Shown here: positions 24,650 through 37,126 of the stretch, one piece after another | Position numbering within the stretch: the stretch's first letter is position 1 | Layout: each line of letters starts with the position of its first letter | DNA from: Felis catus | Taxonomy: Eukaryota | Length of the DNA: 64,000 nucleotides | Assembly (NCBI RefSeq): GCF_018350175.1 | Contig: NC_058382.1 | Span: forward strand, 58,344,001-58,408,000 | Direction of reading: 5' to 3' | Program-made: the position numbers and the translations under genes | Notes under the pieces: generated by a model | Seen by the model: only the letters and a program-made list of their open reading frames with translations | What the model was told of the DNA's origin: nothing | Databases searched by the model: none

Positions 24650-25186
24650 CCTCGTGCAGTACAGAAGGAACCTCCCGGAGAGGTCTGGCCTTTGCCCTGG
24701 GCTCCTGGGAGGTGACCTCTAGGCTCTTGGAATGTCCTGCCGATAAGAGTGTCTTTGTTTACCTGGAGCCTTGGGCCGCGAGGAGCAGTCTAACAGTATG
24801 ATTTACGGTAAGCCTGAGTCACTCCCTACCGGCCTGACCTCCAGAGGGGCTGGAGACTGAGGTCACCACATGGGCGGCCAGCCAAGTCTATGTGGCCACC
24901 CCCTCCCCCGGTGAAAACCACAGACACCGAGGCTCAGGGTGCTCCGGGGGCTGGCGGGACCCGAGCGTGCGTCATCGTGGTTGCTGGGAGAATCAAAAGC
25001 TGTCCACGAGACCTTCCTGGGAGCTCTCTTCTGGGCCCCACCCTCGTCGGCTCTGCCCTTTGTGGATGGTAATCTGCATTCTTTCACTGTAAGAAACCAT
25101 AAACACGCCCGTGGTGGCGTTTCTGAGTTCTGCGAGTCCCTCTGGTGAATCACCGAACCCCCGAGTGGTCTCGGAGTCCCCCGCAC
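24650..25186 (+). mobile_element. MER21-type solo LTR
   Basis: CTTGGAATGTCCTGCCGATAAGAGTGTCTTTGTTTACCTGG...CCAGAGGGGCTGGAGACTGAG...GTTGCTGGGAGAAT...TTTCTGAGTTCTGCGAGTCC. Confidence 0.8.
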
Positions 25187-25666
25187 GGTACCTCCCACCC
25201 CCCTCCCTCCCTGTGTGCTCCCGGATCACCTTGCAGATACACTCTTTTCTCACAAAGCCTCGGCTCAGACGCGGCGCCTTCGGGAGCCCGGCGAGCACAG
25301 CAGGCAAACCCGAACCAACAGGAGCCACGCGGTGTCGGGCAGAAGCCGAACACAGGTGTCACCACCAGAACGGGGCAGGACGGGGACACTAACAACTTAA
25401 CGTCCTTGAGAAAAACGAAACCCGCAACCACTGCCTCCCATCCTAGACGGGCATTATTACCAGGATCCCACAGCTGACAAGGACGGAGCTGGGCACGTGA
25501 CTTCGGGGCAGTGAGCAGGTGGAGGGCCCGAGACCATCCTGAGGCCCCTGCGGCCCGCCCCGCCCCGCCCCTCCGCGTGGAGGGATCCTCGGAACCTCTG
25601 CGCCCGCGTGTGCTTCGTCTCCTCTCCAGCCCAAGCAGCCGGGCTCGCCGATCGTTACAGATGGCC

Positions 25667-25672
25667 TTTATT
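25667..25672 (-). terminator. C16orf74: C16orf74 polyadenylation signal AATAAA
   Basis: TTTATT on plus, ~435 nt after the TGA, at the end of an AU-rich block with an upstream TGTA in an otherwise GC-rich UTR. Confidence 0.75.
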
Positions 25673-26106
25673 TATAATGCAAAAAAGAAATCATAAGCCA
25701 CTTTTTGGGCTGTTTCGGTAGCTGTAAAACCACATGTACAAAACAGTCACTCCTCTGCAAGGAGTTCTTGAGTGTGTGTGGACCTCCCGCGTGCCCGTCT
25801 GCGTGGCCCGGGGCGCGGGGAGGGTGAGCGCGTCCTGACGGCCGTCGCCACGGCTCCGGGGGCAGCACGAATGCATGGGCAGTGGAGGTCCGGTCCGCTC
25901 AGTGGGGTCTGGGAAACACGGTTCCGGACGCAAGCAGGGCTCCTTCCTTGCTCGTCCTGCGACCTGCCGGGCACCAGGAGCCTTTGTTTTCCCGTCCAGG
26001 GGTCGCAGCGCATCTGTCCCAGGCAGCCTCGCCCCCAGGGACTTGTGGAGCCGGGGCCGGCCGGAGCAGGAGCCGGGGAGGACGCTCTCCGACCCGTGCC
26101 CCTTCC

Positions 26107-26165
26107 TCAGGCTTCGGGGTCTATGTCTCCGTCCTCTGGGCACGGCCCTGCCTCGTCCAGCCAGA
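26107..26165 (-). CDS. C16orf74: C16orf74 last coding exon (59 nt including TGA)
   Basis: Strong acceptor ttctctttctcctag|TC; (V)WLDEAGPCPEDGDIDPEA*. Confidence 0.92.
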
Positions 26166-27149
26166 CTAGGAGAAAGAGAAGGAATCAGCGTCTGGACAGC
26201 CACCCGCCGCACGCAGAGCTCCAGGCCCAGTATCTCTGGGCTCCCCCTGCACAGTGGCAGTGGCGGTCAGGATGCCGACGGGGGGCCCCGGTGACACTGG
26301 GTCTCGTGGGCCTTCCCCACGCACCCTCCACCCACACCCAACGCAGAGCTCGCCCGGGGCCCCGGCCGAGGTCCCTGGCATTCTACCCTGGGCCCCACCC
26401 CCGACTTAGCATCTTTCCGGAGAGGACTTCAAGCCCAGGGCTGGGCGGGGAGGTCCACACCTCCACGCCGCTGTCCTAGAGAGGGAAGTTGAGGCCCAGA
26501 GAGGGGAAGAGCTGCTTCGGGTCAGCCAGGGGAGCCCCACTCCTCACCACCTGCGGAAGCCCCGGGATCTAATCATCACTCAGCCAGCAGCCCCGGAGGA
26601 AGTGCTACCCAGGTCTGGTGGTCTCCTCCAGCCCTAAGTGTCACTGGGGAGGGAATATCAACAACACGGCCACTGTGCAGGGCGTGAAATCAGACCCGAC
26701 CTTGTCACGAATCCCCCCCAACCTCTGAGGCACCATTTTACAGATGGGGAAACTGAGGCTCGGGGACGTAGAGCCTCTTGCTGACGGTCACAAGGTGACA
26801 GGCCACAGAGCAGGGGTTTGAATTCAGGGTTTTCCGACCCCGAGGTCTGTGCCCTTGATCCCCTGCCTCCGTTCTCTGCAAGGGGAAACGCGGAGGCACG
26901 GGGTCTGAGCAGATAGGACAGGAGGGTGCCCCCCTGGCAGTCTCTGCACTGATCTGTCCCCGGAGCTGCTTAAGCTTAAAGGGGACTCTCCTGCGAGCTC
27001 AGGGCCTCTGACCTCATAAAGTAACCCTAAGTCTCCCCACACCCACATTGGCTCTGGGGGCCAGGAAGGTGGTTGCGAACCCATTTTACAGATGAGGACA
27101 CCAAGGCTGGCAGGGAAGAATGCCTAACATCAGCCCGCACGGAGCTCTC

Positions 27150-27800
27150 TGGACACTGGAGCAGGAGCCTGGGTCTTCTCCCACCTTGCTGTGTGCCCCT
27201 GGGTGAGTCACTGCCCCTCTCTGGACCTCAGTTTCCCCATCTGTAAACTAGAGATAAGGGTGTTACTCATGAGCCTCAGGGTTGGAAGGAGAAGGAGACA
27301 TTATGAGAAGCATTCAGCCCGGTGCCTGGCACTTGGGAAGGGGACACAGGAATGTGACCCAGTGTGAGTCATTACTGAGAATGGCCCAGCCGCAGTCCCT
27401 GCACAGGGCTCGACCCAGAGGGGGTCCAGTGGCTTCCTCCGGATCCTCTAACCCTGGTGGGCAAGCTGAGATCCAAGCTTAGCCCTTCTGGAAAAGTCTA
27501 TCCAAGCCCCCATGCCAGACTTCGCCAGCCCCACGTCAGCCTTGTGTCTGGTCCCCCGCAGGAGCCATCAGGCGGGACTGATGTCGTGATGGCTGGTTGG
27601 CTGAATGATGCTAGCCGCTGACTGGGAGGGCGCCTGGCCTGGGGCCCACAGAGCGAGCTCCGGACCACACCGCTGGGTCTGAATCCCAACCCTGCCACTT
27701 ACCAGCTATATGGCCAATGTCTCACCCTCTCTGGACCTCAGTTTCCCCATCTGTTAAACCGGGACCTAACCCAGAGTTACCCTGAGGACTCCACAAGAAA
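27150..27800. mobile_element. MIR fragments (others at ~21400, ~26700, ~42350, ~47050, ~48100, ~56480, ~63100)
   Basis: MIR core CTCTCTGGACCTCAGTTTCCCCATCTGT at ~27218 and ~27727. Confidence 0.7.
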
Positions 27801-28328
27801 GTGTGCTTACTGCTAACGTCATCATTATTTTTTATTACTATCATTCATGACAGCAGCCTCAGCACTTAGGGCGGGCGTGGCTCGGTAAATCTCTTCGATG
27901 AACAAACGAACAAGTTGTCCCACCGGCTCCGACAGTGTCCACAGAGGGGCAGGCGGGGACACCGGTCCGCGTCTCTCTCTGGGAACAAGTCTCTCTCCTT
28001 GACCCCCCCCCCGGAGCGAGCTGCATCTCGAAGGCCCGGAGACGGGCTCGGCCCAGAAACGGTCTGTCCTGTCCACTGATCGGCTGTGGCCAGCAAGACG
28101 GAGCACCCGTCCCCAGCTGGCGGGGGAAGGCACAGCCATCCATTACCTTGCTGGGTTCCCCCAGCCCCATCCATCACTCTCCCCGGCTGCCGGCAGGGGC
28201 TGTCTAGCTAATTACTTAATATGCCACATCTTGCTGAGGCTGGTACACGCGAGGGGCCCACGGTGGAACGGACGCAGATTCAAGCATACATTTTTAACAA
28301 ACCCCGGGCAGGTGGGGACGTGAGCTCA

Positions 28329-28688
<360 letters not shown>

Positions 28689-30439
28689 TCAGCAAGGAGG
28701 GGAGTGCTGGCCTCGCTCCGCGCAGGGGGACGCTGAGGCGCAGGGCAGTTCAACGGCCCCTCCAGGCTTGCGTCGTCCAGGGAGGGCACTGAGTTTCGCC
28801 TGCTTCGTTCACTAACGTGGCTCGGGTGCCCGGAGCAACGTCTGATACCCAGAGGCCCCCGGAACACGGCTCTCAAGTGGGGCACGGAGCGCAGCATGAA
28901 CCAGAACTGGCCCGTCTGCCGCGCGGAAGGAACCCCTCACGCGGCCACTCCTCCCCCACATCCCCTTCTGGAAGGGCATCTGGGAGATGCCCGAGTTCTC
29001 CCTCACGCACCTGACTGGATTCCCCAGGGGAACCGTCCGGGTCTGGAATCTTCTCTGTGCAAAGATTTTCTGATTAGGAATTTGGGGTCTTTAATAGACA
29101 CGGGGCTGGTCAGGTTTTCTGTTTCTTCCTGTGTCAGTTCAGGTGAGCTGGGCTTTCCCGGGAGGAATCTGTCCATTTCTGCTACTGTTGGTGGATTCCT
29201 TGCTCCGTGGCTGCTACTAAGTACCCACGTCACCCACGCCACACCCTTGCTCCGTCCTTCCCTTCTGAGTTAGGGGACCCTGACTCTCTCCTCTCCCTCA
29301 ACGTCCCAGCCAACCTAACCCATCACAAGCCCGCAGATGCCATCATCCCTCGGTGGCTTTGCCGCCCTTCTCCCTCCCTCCTCAAGCCCCTAACTAGCCT
29401 CTCTGCCAGAAACCGCGAACCTGATCATACCGCATACCTGCGAAACCCTCGCGGCCTCTTGACAACTAGCTACAAGCAGTTCTCAAAGCGTGTTCCCTGG
29501 AACACTGGCCTCCCGGGGTTCCACGACCAAATGGGTTTGAGAATAGCACATATTTGAATGTTGACTGGACCCCACCTAATCTATCTTTCTCTTGGGGATT
29601 CTCGTGCATGTCAGAGAATGAAAGGCTCTGAGAAGTCCTGCAGTAGGGAAGCAGCTCTTTAATTGCGTTTCACCCTGGGCTTCCTGAATTTAAGTAATCT
29701 TGGGGTCTGTTTTTGGAGGAATGCCTGTTGCTATCTCACAGAACCATGAATCGTGAAATACATGTTGGGAGATATTGATCACGAATTGCAGCCAACCCCC
29801 CCAGCCCAGCTTTCAGCCTTCAAGATCTGGCGCAAACGACCCGCAGCCTCATTCCCCGCCACCGGTCCACACTCCCGATACTGCTCACAGCTCCCCAAAA
29901 CCCTGGGCTCGCGACCCAATTCCTGCCTGGAATGTTCTTTCTTTCTTTACCAGGGGAATGGGCTCCTACTCACCCTTCAGAGCCCAGCACACTGGGCTCT
30001 TCTTTCGGGAAGATGTCCCAGCAAATGCGGTCCCTCCCTCCTTTGTCCGTCTACACGGATTCACTCCTCAACCTTCTTCCGGCACTGATCAGACTGTATT
30101 GAGACATTAGTTCTTAATTCTGTCTCCCTTTACCGTGAGCGTCTGGAGGGCAGCCAGTGACTCCCTCCTCTGTGATTCCCTTGGGCCCGGCATAGCACCT
30201 GGGAGAGAGCAAGCAGACTGCTTCACATTGTGAATGCGAAAGGACCTCAGGCACCACCGAACTGGGTGTGAAAATCCTGGTCTCCGGGCCCCTCCCCTTT
30301 GGTTTCACCCCAAACAGCCTCCAACTGGGATGACATTTGCTCAGGCATCTCGGGCCCGGGCCACAGCAGCAGCTGAGGAAACGGGGTCCTCGACGGCCCC
30401 TGTGGGGCCAGGGCGTGGCTCTGAGGCATGTCCCCAAGA

Positions 30440-30881
30440 GGTGGCGTCTGATTCACCTCCCCTTTGGGGTGCAGGGTCTTAGCAAGGCTTCCAGCACACG
30501 GAATATGATGGAAGGCCTGGGTGGGGCTTCCAAGATGAGGTCACAAAGGACGCCAACTTGCTCCTTGCCTCCCGCTCTGGGGGAAGCCGGTTGCCACGCT
30601 GCGAGGACCAGCGAGCAGCCAGCGGGCTGGGGTTGGGGGAGAGCCCGTGCGGTGAGGAACGGGGCCTCCTTTCTACCAGGAAAAAAAGGGTCCTCCAGCC
30701 CAGTCAAGCCTTTGGATGACAGCGCAGCCCCGGCTGCCAGCTTAAACGTCGCCCCACAAGAGACCTGGGGCCAGAAGCTCCCACTAGGTCATTCCTGAAT
30801 TCCCAAGCCACAGACGCTGCGACATAATGCCTAAGCCACTGAGTTTGAGGGCAGTTTGTTGCACAGGACTGGAAACGGATA
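30440..30881 (+). mobile_element. MaLR LTR (MLT1F/G-like)
   Basis: CCAGCCCAGTCAAGCCTTTGGATGAC...TAAGCCACTGAGTTTGAGGGCAGTTTGTTGCACAG...GATACA. Confidence 0.75.
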
Positions 30882-31279
30882 CAGTCCACATAGCCTGCCC
30901 CGACCATAGGAGGAAGGGGCAGCAGGTGCACGGTGGGAACAGCCAGACCCTCTGTGTTGTGGGAAAAGAACAAGGGGCTTCTGAGGGAGGCCTCTGGTCA
31001 CCTAAGGGGTGTTCCTCTGATGGGCGGCTCGTGCCTGGTCTGTCAGAGACAGTCTGTCCAAATCCGCAAAAGCATGAACGTCACATGACCGGAAGCAATG
31101 GAATGAGGCCGAATTCTCGGCCCATCTGCAGCGGGGCCTGGGCTCTGCGCTCAGAAGAGCTGCCCGTGGCCGGCACAGTGGCGAAGGCACGGGCTCTGAG
31201 CCGGGCCGGCTGCTCACTGGCGGTGCGACCCTGGGCAAATCACATCTCCTCTCCGGGCCTCTGTGTGGTGAAGAATTTA

Positions 31280-32300
31280 CCCGTGCCCCAAAAGAGGTCC
31301 GGCCTCTGTTCTCGGCTTCCGGGAGGTGATCTCTAAGGCCCTGGGATGCCAGGCCTGGCGGGAGAGCCTTTGTGTGTCTGGGGACCCTGGGCACATTGGA
31401 GAGTCCAGCCACGCGGGCTTTGGGTGAAGCCCAGAGGGACTGGGGACAGACCCGCCACATGGGCAATCAACTGAGCCTCTGCAATGGGGTTCAATGTACT
31501 CGTGTCCTCTGCTGTGACAAAGCACCACGGACCGTGGGGCTCCAACAACAGAACTTGGCTCTCCCCCAGTCTGGGCACCGGAGGTCTGAGAGCCAGGGGC
31601 CAGCAGGGCTGGCTCCTGGAGAGGCCACGAGGGAGACCGCGTCCCAGGCCTCTTCCCCAGCTCTCAGTGGTTTGCGGACAACCTCTGGCGTTCTTTGACT
31701 CACAGACACATCACCCCGGTTTCCGCCTTCTTCTTCACACGGCTTCTCCCTGTGTGTCTGTGTCCAAATTTCCCTTTTTGTAAGGACACGAGTCATACTG
31801 GAGCATAATCCGGAATTATCCACGTTGGATCATCGCCCAATCCAGTATGACCTGTTTTTAACTTTACGTCTGCAATGACCCCATTTCCACATGAGGTCAT
31901 GTTCTAGGGTACTGCGCGGGCTAGGACTCCCATATGTGAATCGGGGGGTTGGGGGGGCGCGTGATTCAACCCGGAACACCCACTAAAAACTCTGAACACC
32001 GAGGCTCAGGAGATCCTCGCCGATGGGCACCACGCCGTGTGTGCGAGCGTGCGTGTGCGTGTCGCACGTGTGTACCAAGAAGGTCACGCCTCTGTGATCC
32101 CGTGGGCAGAGACAAGGAGAGCTCCGTCTGGAACTTTCCTGGACTCCACCCTACGCACCGCCTCACTTGGCCGACTCGAATCTGGGTCCCTTCCCTGTAA
32201 TCAACCATAACCACGAGTACAAGGCCTTTCCGTGAGTTCTGTCCTTCCGGGGAACGATCGAACCCCTGAACCTGCAGCTGGTGCCAGAAGTGAGGGTGTC
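31280..32300 (+). mobile_element. MER21-type LTR split by an MLT1 LTR
   Basis: Left part ~31280-31494 and right part ~31979-32300 both resemble the 24650-25186 copy. Confidence 0.65.
31495..31978 (-). mobile_element. MaLR solo LTR (MLT1B/C-like)
   Basis: TGT...ACA termini; TGTGTCCAAATTTCCCTTTTTGTAAGGACAC...GTCTGCAATGACCCCATTTCCA...GATTCAACCC. Confidence 0.8.
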
Positions 32301-32984
32301 CTGTGGACTGTGTTCCCTCTGACTTCCTGTTTTCGCTGACAAAGCGGGGTGGTCGGATCCCGCTCCGCGGGCTGGGGCGAGGCTGTCCTGGCACACGGCC
32401 TGCTCCCAGCGGCAGCCTTCCCGCCCCACGCGGCTTCCTTCTTCACTCACACCAAACTCGCGGCCGCAGCGACGCCCCGGGCCCCTCCCCATCCTGAACC
32501 CTGATCCTATTTCCTCCCTGGGGTGGTGCCGTGCCCCCCTCTTCCGGCTCTGCCAGGCCAGTTATTCTGCAGGTGGAGACCGTATCTCCCCACCAGACTA
32601 CGAGTCCCTGGGGAGCACCCACCAAGGCTGCTGCCAACCTGATCTAAAGCCGTGCTTTGCCATCCTCCCTTAAAGCAGCACAAGCCTGGATGTAAAACAG
32701 ACAAAAGAAAGCCTCCAGGAGGAGGCCCTCCTGTAATCACCGGTAATCACTGACATTCACAGGTTATTTGCTGCGTGCCAGACTTCTCCTTCGGTCTTCA
32801 CTGCTCCCCCGCGAGGTGCCAAGTCTAACCAGCCCCATTTCACAGACGTGGAGACTGAGGACCAGAGAGGGGAAGAAGTACCTGCATTCAGTTGAACAGC
32901 TAGCGTGTGGGGTACAGCCAGGATCCCAACCCAAAGCCAATCTGCCTGACTGCAAGACCGGGTGCTTCTTGTAATTCGATACAA

Positions 32985-33200
32985 TGTAGCTGGCAAACTT
33001 TCTGCACAGGGCCAGACGGTACATATATTTCTCGCTCCGGGGCTGTACAGTCTGTGTTGCAACTGCTTAACCTTGCCATCAGCACAGGAGAGCCGCGGCT
33101 GCCAGGGTGCAAATGAATGAGTGCGGCTGTGTTTCAATAAAACTTTATTTGCAACAACGGGAAGCGTGCTGGGTTTGGCTGTGGTTCGCCAGTCCCTGCC
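32985..33200. mobile_element. MER58-type hAT MITE
   Basis: GGCAAACTTT...GGGCCAGA...AAATGAATGAGTGCGGCTGTGTTTCAATAAAACTTTATTT...CCCTG. Confidence 0.8.
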
Positions 33201-36200
33201 CTGTGCCATCCAGAAGTCAGGGAGTTTGGATCTGGAACGCACCTGAGGTCCTAATAGGCAGTAACAGAACCTCAAAAGCCTGAGGCCGGTTGATGCTGAA
33301 AACAAGAAGGAAATCCCAAACCTGGCTGCTGTCCTATAGGGACAGCGCCTACCTCTGAGGGGTGTGGGGGTGGAGAAAATGAATGAATTCACGTAAAGCG
33401 CTTGCCCAGAGAGCCGGGGGGGGGCCTAGAGTGTGCCCCATCCCTGTTAGCTTTCTCTATAATCATCCATAAAAAGCGTCTCATGGGGTGCTGGTAACAA
33501 AAGGAGGCTCTGATTATTGTTATCTGTAACAGGAGGGAGCCTCCCTGCTCTGTCTTCAAGGCCCCTTCCTCGGAGAATATTCCCAAGTTCTAAAATAAAA
33601 TGCTAATGGAGAAGAGCCACACTCCTCCCAGGGCCCCCACATTTGCATTTTAACGGGTTCTGGGAGCTTGGCGACAAAGCCCACTTTCTTAATCGAGAAG
33701 CATAAGGTCACTCAGTGGGCCCTGGAGAGATGCTGGAGGCAGGGAGGAGGGAGGGGAGGGGAGGGGAGAGGGAGGAGGGCAGAGGGCGGAAAGAGGGAGG
33801 GCAGGACTCCAGAACCTCTCGACACCCCCCACCCCCACCCCCGGGGGCTGCCCAGCCTCCAGCAGAGGGAAAAAGCTCTCAGGAGATAAAGTCTACTTTG
33901 GGGATTAAAAACAAATGCCAACCGTGCCCCAGACAAGGAGCTCATTTGTGCTAAAGCCAGAATTGTTACTCGTTAATTATGTGCCCGCCTCAGGCCATTA
34001 AAAGCCCATTTCCTGAAAGGGGTGGGTTTGGCTGGGATTCCAGGGGGCCAGGCCCCGAAGAGGCAGGGGACTGGGAGCAGATCTCAGCACCCCAGCAATA
34101 CTGGAAGATCTCGGGGTGCCTGTGCAGGAAGCTTGGGGCAGGGACTGGCAGTCACCTGACCTTGACTGGGCCCCTGCTCTGGGGCACACGCTGTTCTTGG
34201 CCCTGGAGAAGGAGCAGGCCAGGCAGCCAAACCCCGGCCTGTGGGAGCGGGTGAAATGGGGAGACGCTGTGCTCGAGGGCCGGACAGACATTCCCCTGGA
34301 ACCTGGTTCTGCTCTCTCCCCGGCTCCAGGGAAGTGGTTTCCCATCTTGGCTGCCCCACGGGGACTCATCTGGGAAGTTTGATGCAGGGCCCCACCCCCA
34401 GGGAACCTGATCTCACTGTTGTACTTGGGCCACCGGGATTCTTAAAAGCGTCCAGGTGAGTCCAACAGCCAGGGCAGGGAGTCCCCAGGCTAGGGTGACC
34501 GTGGGGACACAGCGGCACCACTCTGGGCCTAGTTCCCCGCCATAAAAGTAGGGTTAATACCAGTCTCATAGGAATGAAACACTGGTGTGGGGCACGTGCC
34601 GGCCAAGTGTCAGGGAAAGGGCCAAGGGTGACCAGCTGGCTGGGGCCTGGGGGGGGGCCCCGGGTTGGGGGCCACTGCAGCTTTGTCACACCCCCCCTCA
34701 GGGTGGATACTAGGACCCTGGCCGCTCTCCAGGCGAGGAAAGAAGGTGCCAAGGATGAGCACAGGCTGCGTGGCTCCAGGCCTCCCCCTTCTGGTGTCAG
34801 CCACCACCTCCCAGCCTTCAGAAGCCCCGAGCCAGGCCTGTGCCCTGCTCAGGACGCCCCAGCTCCCCGGGGCCAGGGCCCCTTCCCCTGCAGCTCTCCG
34901 GGGGCGGGGGCGGGGGAGGGGGCCCAGGCCACTCGGAGGCCACAGCGGACACCTGCTGCCTGCAGCAGGCATCGTGGCTCACGGGCGCCCTCTGCTGCTT
35001 CTTTTGAAAATGGCGCATGGGCCGGCACCCAGCTTGGAGACCCCGTAGCGCACAGCGTGACTGTTGGGCTTGCGACGTCGTGGGGGCCAGAACGTACACC
35101 TGGGCTTTGGTACAGCGCGCAGGGACTCCACCTGTTTGGGCCTGGTTTCCTCCCCTGCGAATGGAGGTAACTAATGGCCTCCACCTCCAGGGGGTGTTGA
35201 GGGCTCTAGGACCCACAGTGGGGGCTGCGCTCCAACCCGGGGGGGGGGGGGGTGCGGTCATTAAGTGCGTTTGCAGGGGAGAAACCCAGAGTCGGTAAAC
35301 ACACGGGGTCACCAGGAGCACGGGATTCTACCCTTAGCACTCGCTCATTGGTTCAGCCCGAATTAAGTACCTGCGGGGCGGGTGCACCCGGCTGATACTC
35401 ACAGGCCCCCGAGGCCACCCCCGCCGAGGGACAGCTGGAGTGGGGGCGGCTCTGACAAAATATTCCTGGTTCCAACTCAACACCCGCAGGCGCGTCTTCC
35501 GAACTGGATTGGAATGGCCACTGGCTCGGGAACGAGGGAAGACGGAGTCTGACTCCGTCCTGCTGGCCGGCCGTGACGTCACCTGGCTTGGCCCGGGCCT
35601 TCTCCCCCGATGCTCCCGTCCCCTGTAGCGCAGAGCCGGGCCCAGGGAGGTGCTCCGTGGGCAGGCACGTAGTGTATACCTACTGTGTGCTGGGCCTCAT
35701 ATCGGGGGCCAGGGACACAGCAGGGAACAGAAGGGTCCCAGCACGTGCTTCTCGGCGCCTTCCTCCACCTCCAGGCCCCAGTGCAGAAGTGAGACCCGGA
35801 AGATTCCAGGGTCAGCCGGGAAAGTAGAGAGGCCCCTCCGCTGTTTCAGGCCGCAGGTGGGAGGGCTCACGCTGCTGCAGCTGGGGGCTGTGTGACCCCC
35901 TCCCCCCCTCCCCCCTGGGGAAGTTATCATCTGGTCCTCCCAAGGAGGCCGACAGTGCGAGAAGCCCATCTTCCGGATGCACACACTGAGGTACAGAGGA
36001 GTCAGGGACCGCGGCCTGGGTCATGGGGGAACTGACAGGGACCCTGCCTTCCCAGGGGCCAGGAAGCAAATCAAATACTGTCGGGAGCCTGGGTCAGTAT
36101 TAAGAAGCCGATGATGGGAAGGAGCCCCCGGATAGCGTTAGACGGTGGGAGTCAGGGATTCCCGGAGAGGCTGATCACAGAGTGGAAGGAGAAAGGCGGG

Positions 36201-36829
36201 GAAGGTGAGGGCACTTGGGTCAGCCCCAGCATGCACAAAGGCCCTGGGGCAGGAACAGGGTGCGCTGGGGCCAGCACTAACTCCTGACCGGATGTCGGAC
36301 TGAGCGCAGGTCTTTCAAAACACAAGCCGAACGATGCCTCCAAGGGTTCCAGATGCACTTCATTTTTTTTTTTTTTTTCATTCCAATTAAGCAGAAAGCC
36401 TTGCACGATTACGGCTGAGGCCAGAGCAGTGAGGGCGGTTTTACCTTTTCCAGGCAGCCTGGGCCCAGTGGAGACAGCAGTGGATGTTTTAAATCTCTTT
36501 TTAATTAAGGAAAAAGCCCCAGCTTGCGTCAGGGATGAACTGCGTGAGCAAGAGCCCGGGAAGACACGCCAGAGAGAGGGAAGGGCAGGCAGGTGGGGTG
36601 GACGTGGCTGCCACCGTCAGCCCCCCTCGGCCCGCCCACCTGCCCCCAGCGCCAGGGCGGACTCCGGTGGGCTCCCAGCCCTGAGCCTCTCCGGAAGGCT
36701 CCCTGGGTCTCGGCCAGGGGGGTGGGGGTGCAGTGAGAACCAAAGTCAAAGAAAGCAGGCAGAGCCCCTGGCACGGGCCCGGCTCACAGGAAATGCTTGG
36801 CGTGTGCAGCTCCAGGCTCCTCCGCATCC

Positions 36830-37126
36830 ACACCGCTGACGTTTGGGACAGACTGGGTTTTGTGGAGGGGGCCGCCCTGTGCCCAGTTAGGGGGGCTAGC
36901 CCAGGCCTCCAGAGGCTGTAGCAGCCTCCAGCCGTGACAACAAAAAATACCTCCAGATGCCACCGGTCTTCCCCGGGGGTTGAGTTGGCAAATCAAGTGC
37001 AAATAATTTTTTAGCACAAGTCCCACGCAATATTTGGGACACGCTGGCACCCGACAATTATTCCTCGTTTACCTGAAATTCAGATGTGACTGGGCATCCT
37101 GTGTTTTCCCCCTAAATGTGGCAACT
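36830..37126. mobile_element. MER20-like fragment followed by a MER53-like palindromic MITE (~36982-37126)
   Basis: GTGACAACAAAAAATACCTCCAGA; GTCCCACGCAATATTTGGGAC centre; AGTTGGCA...TGGCAACT ends. Confidence 0.7.
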
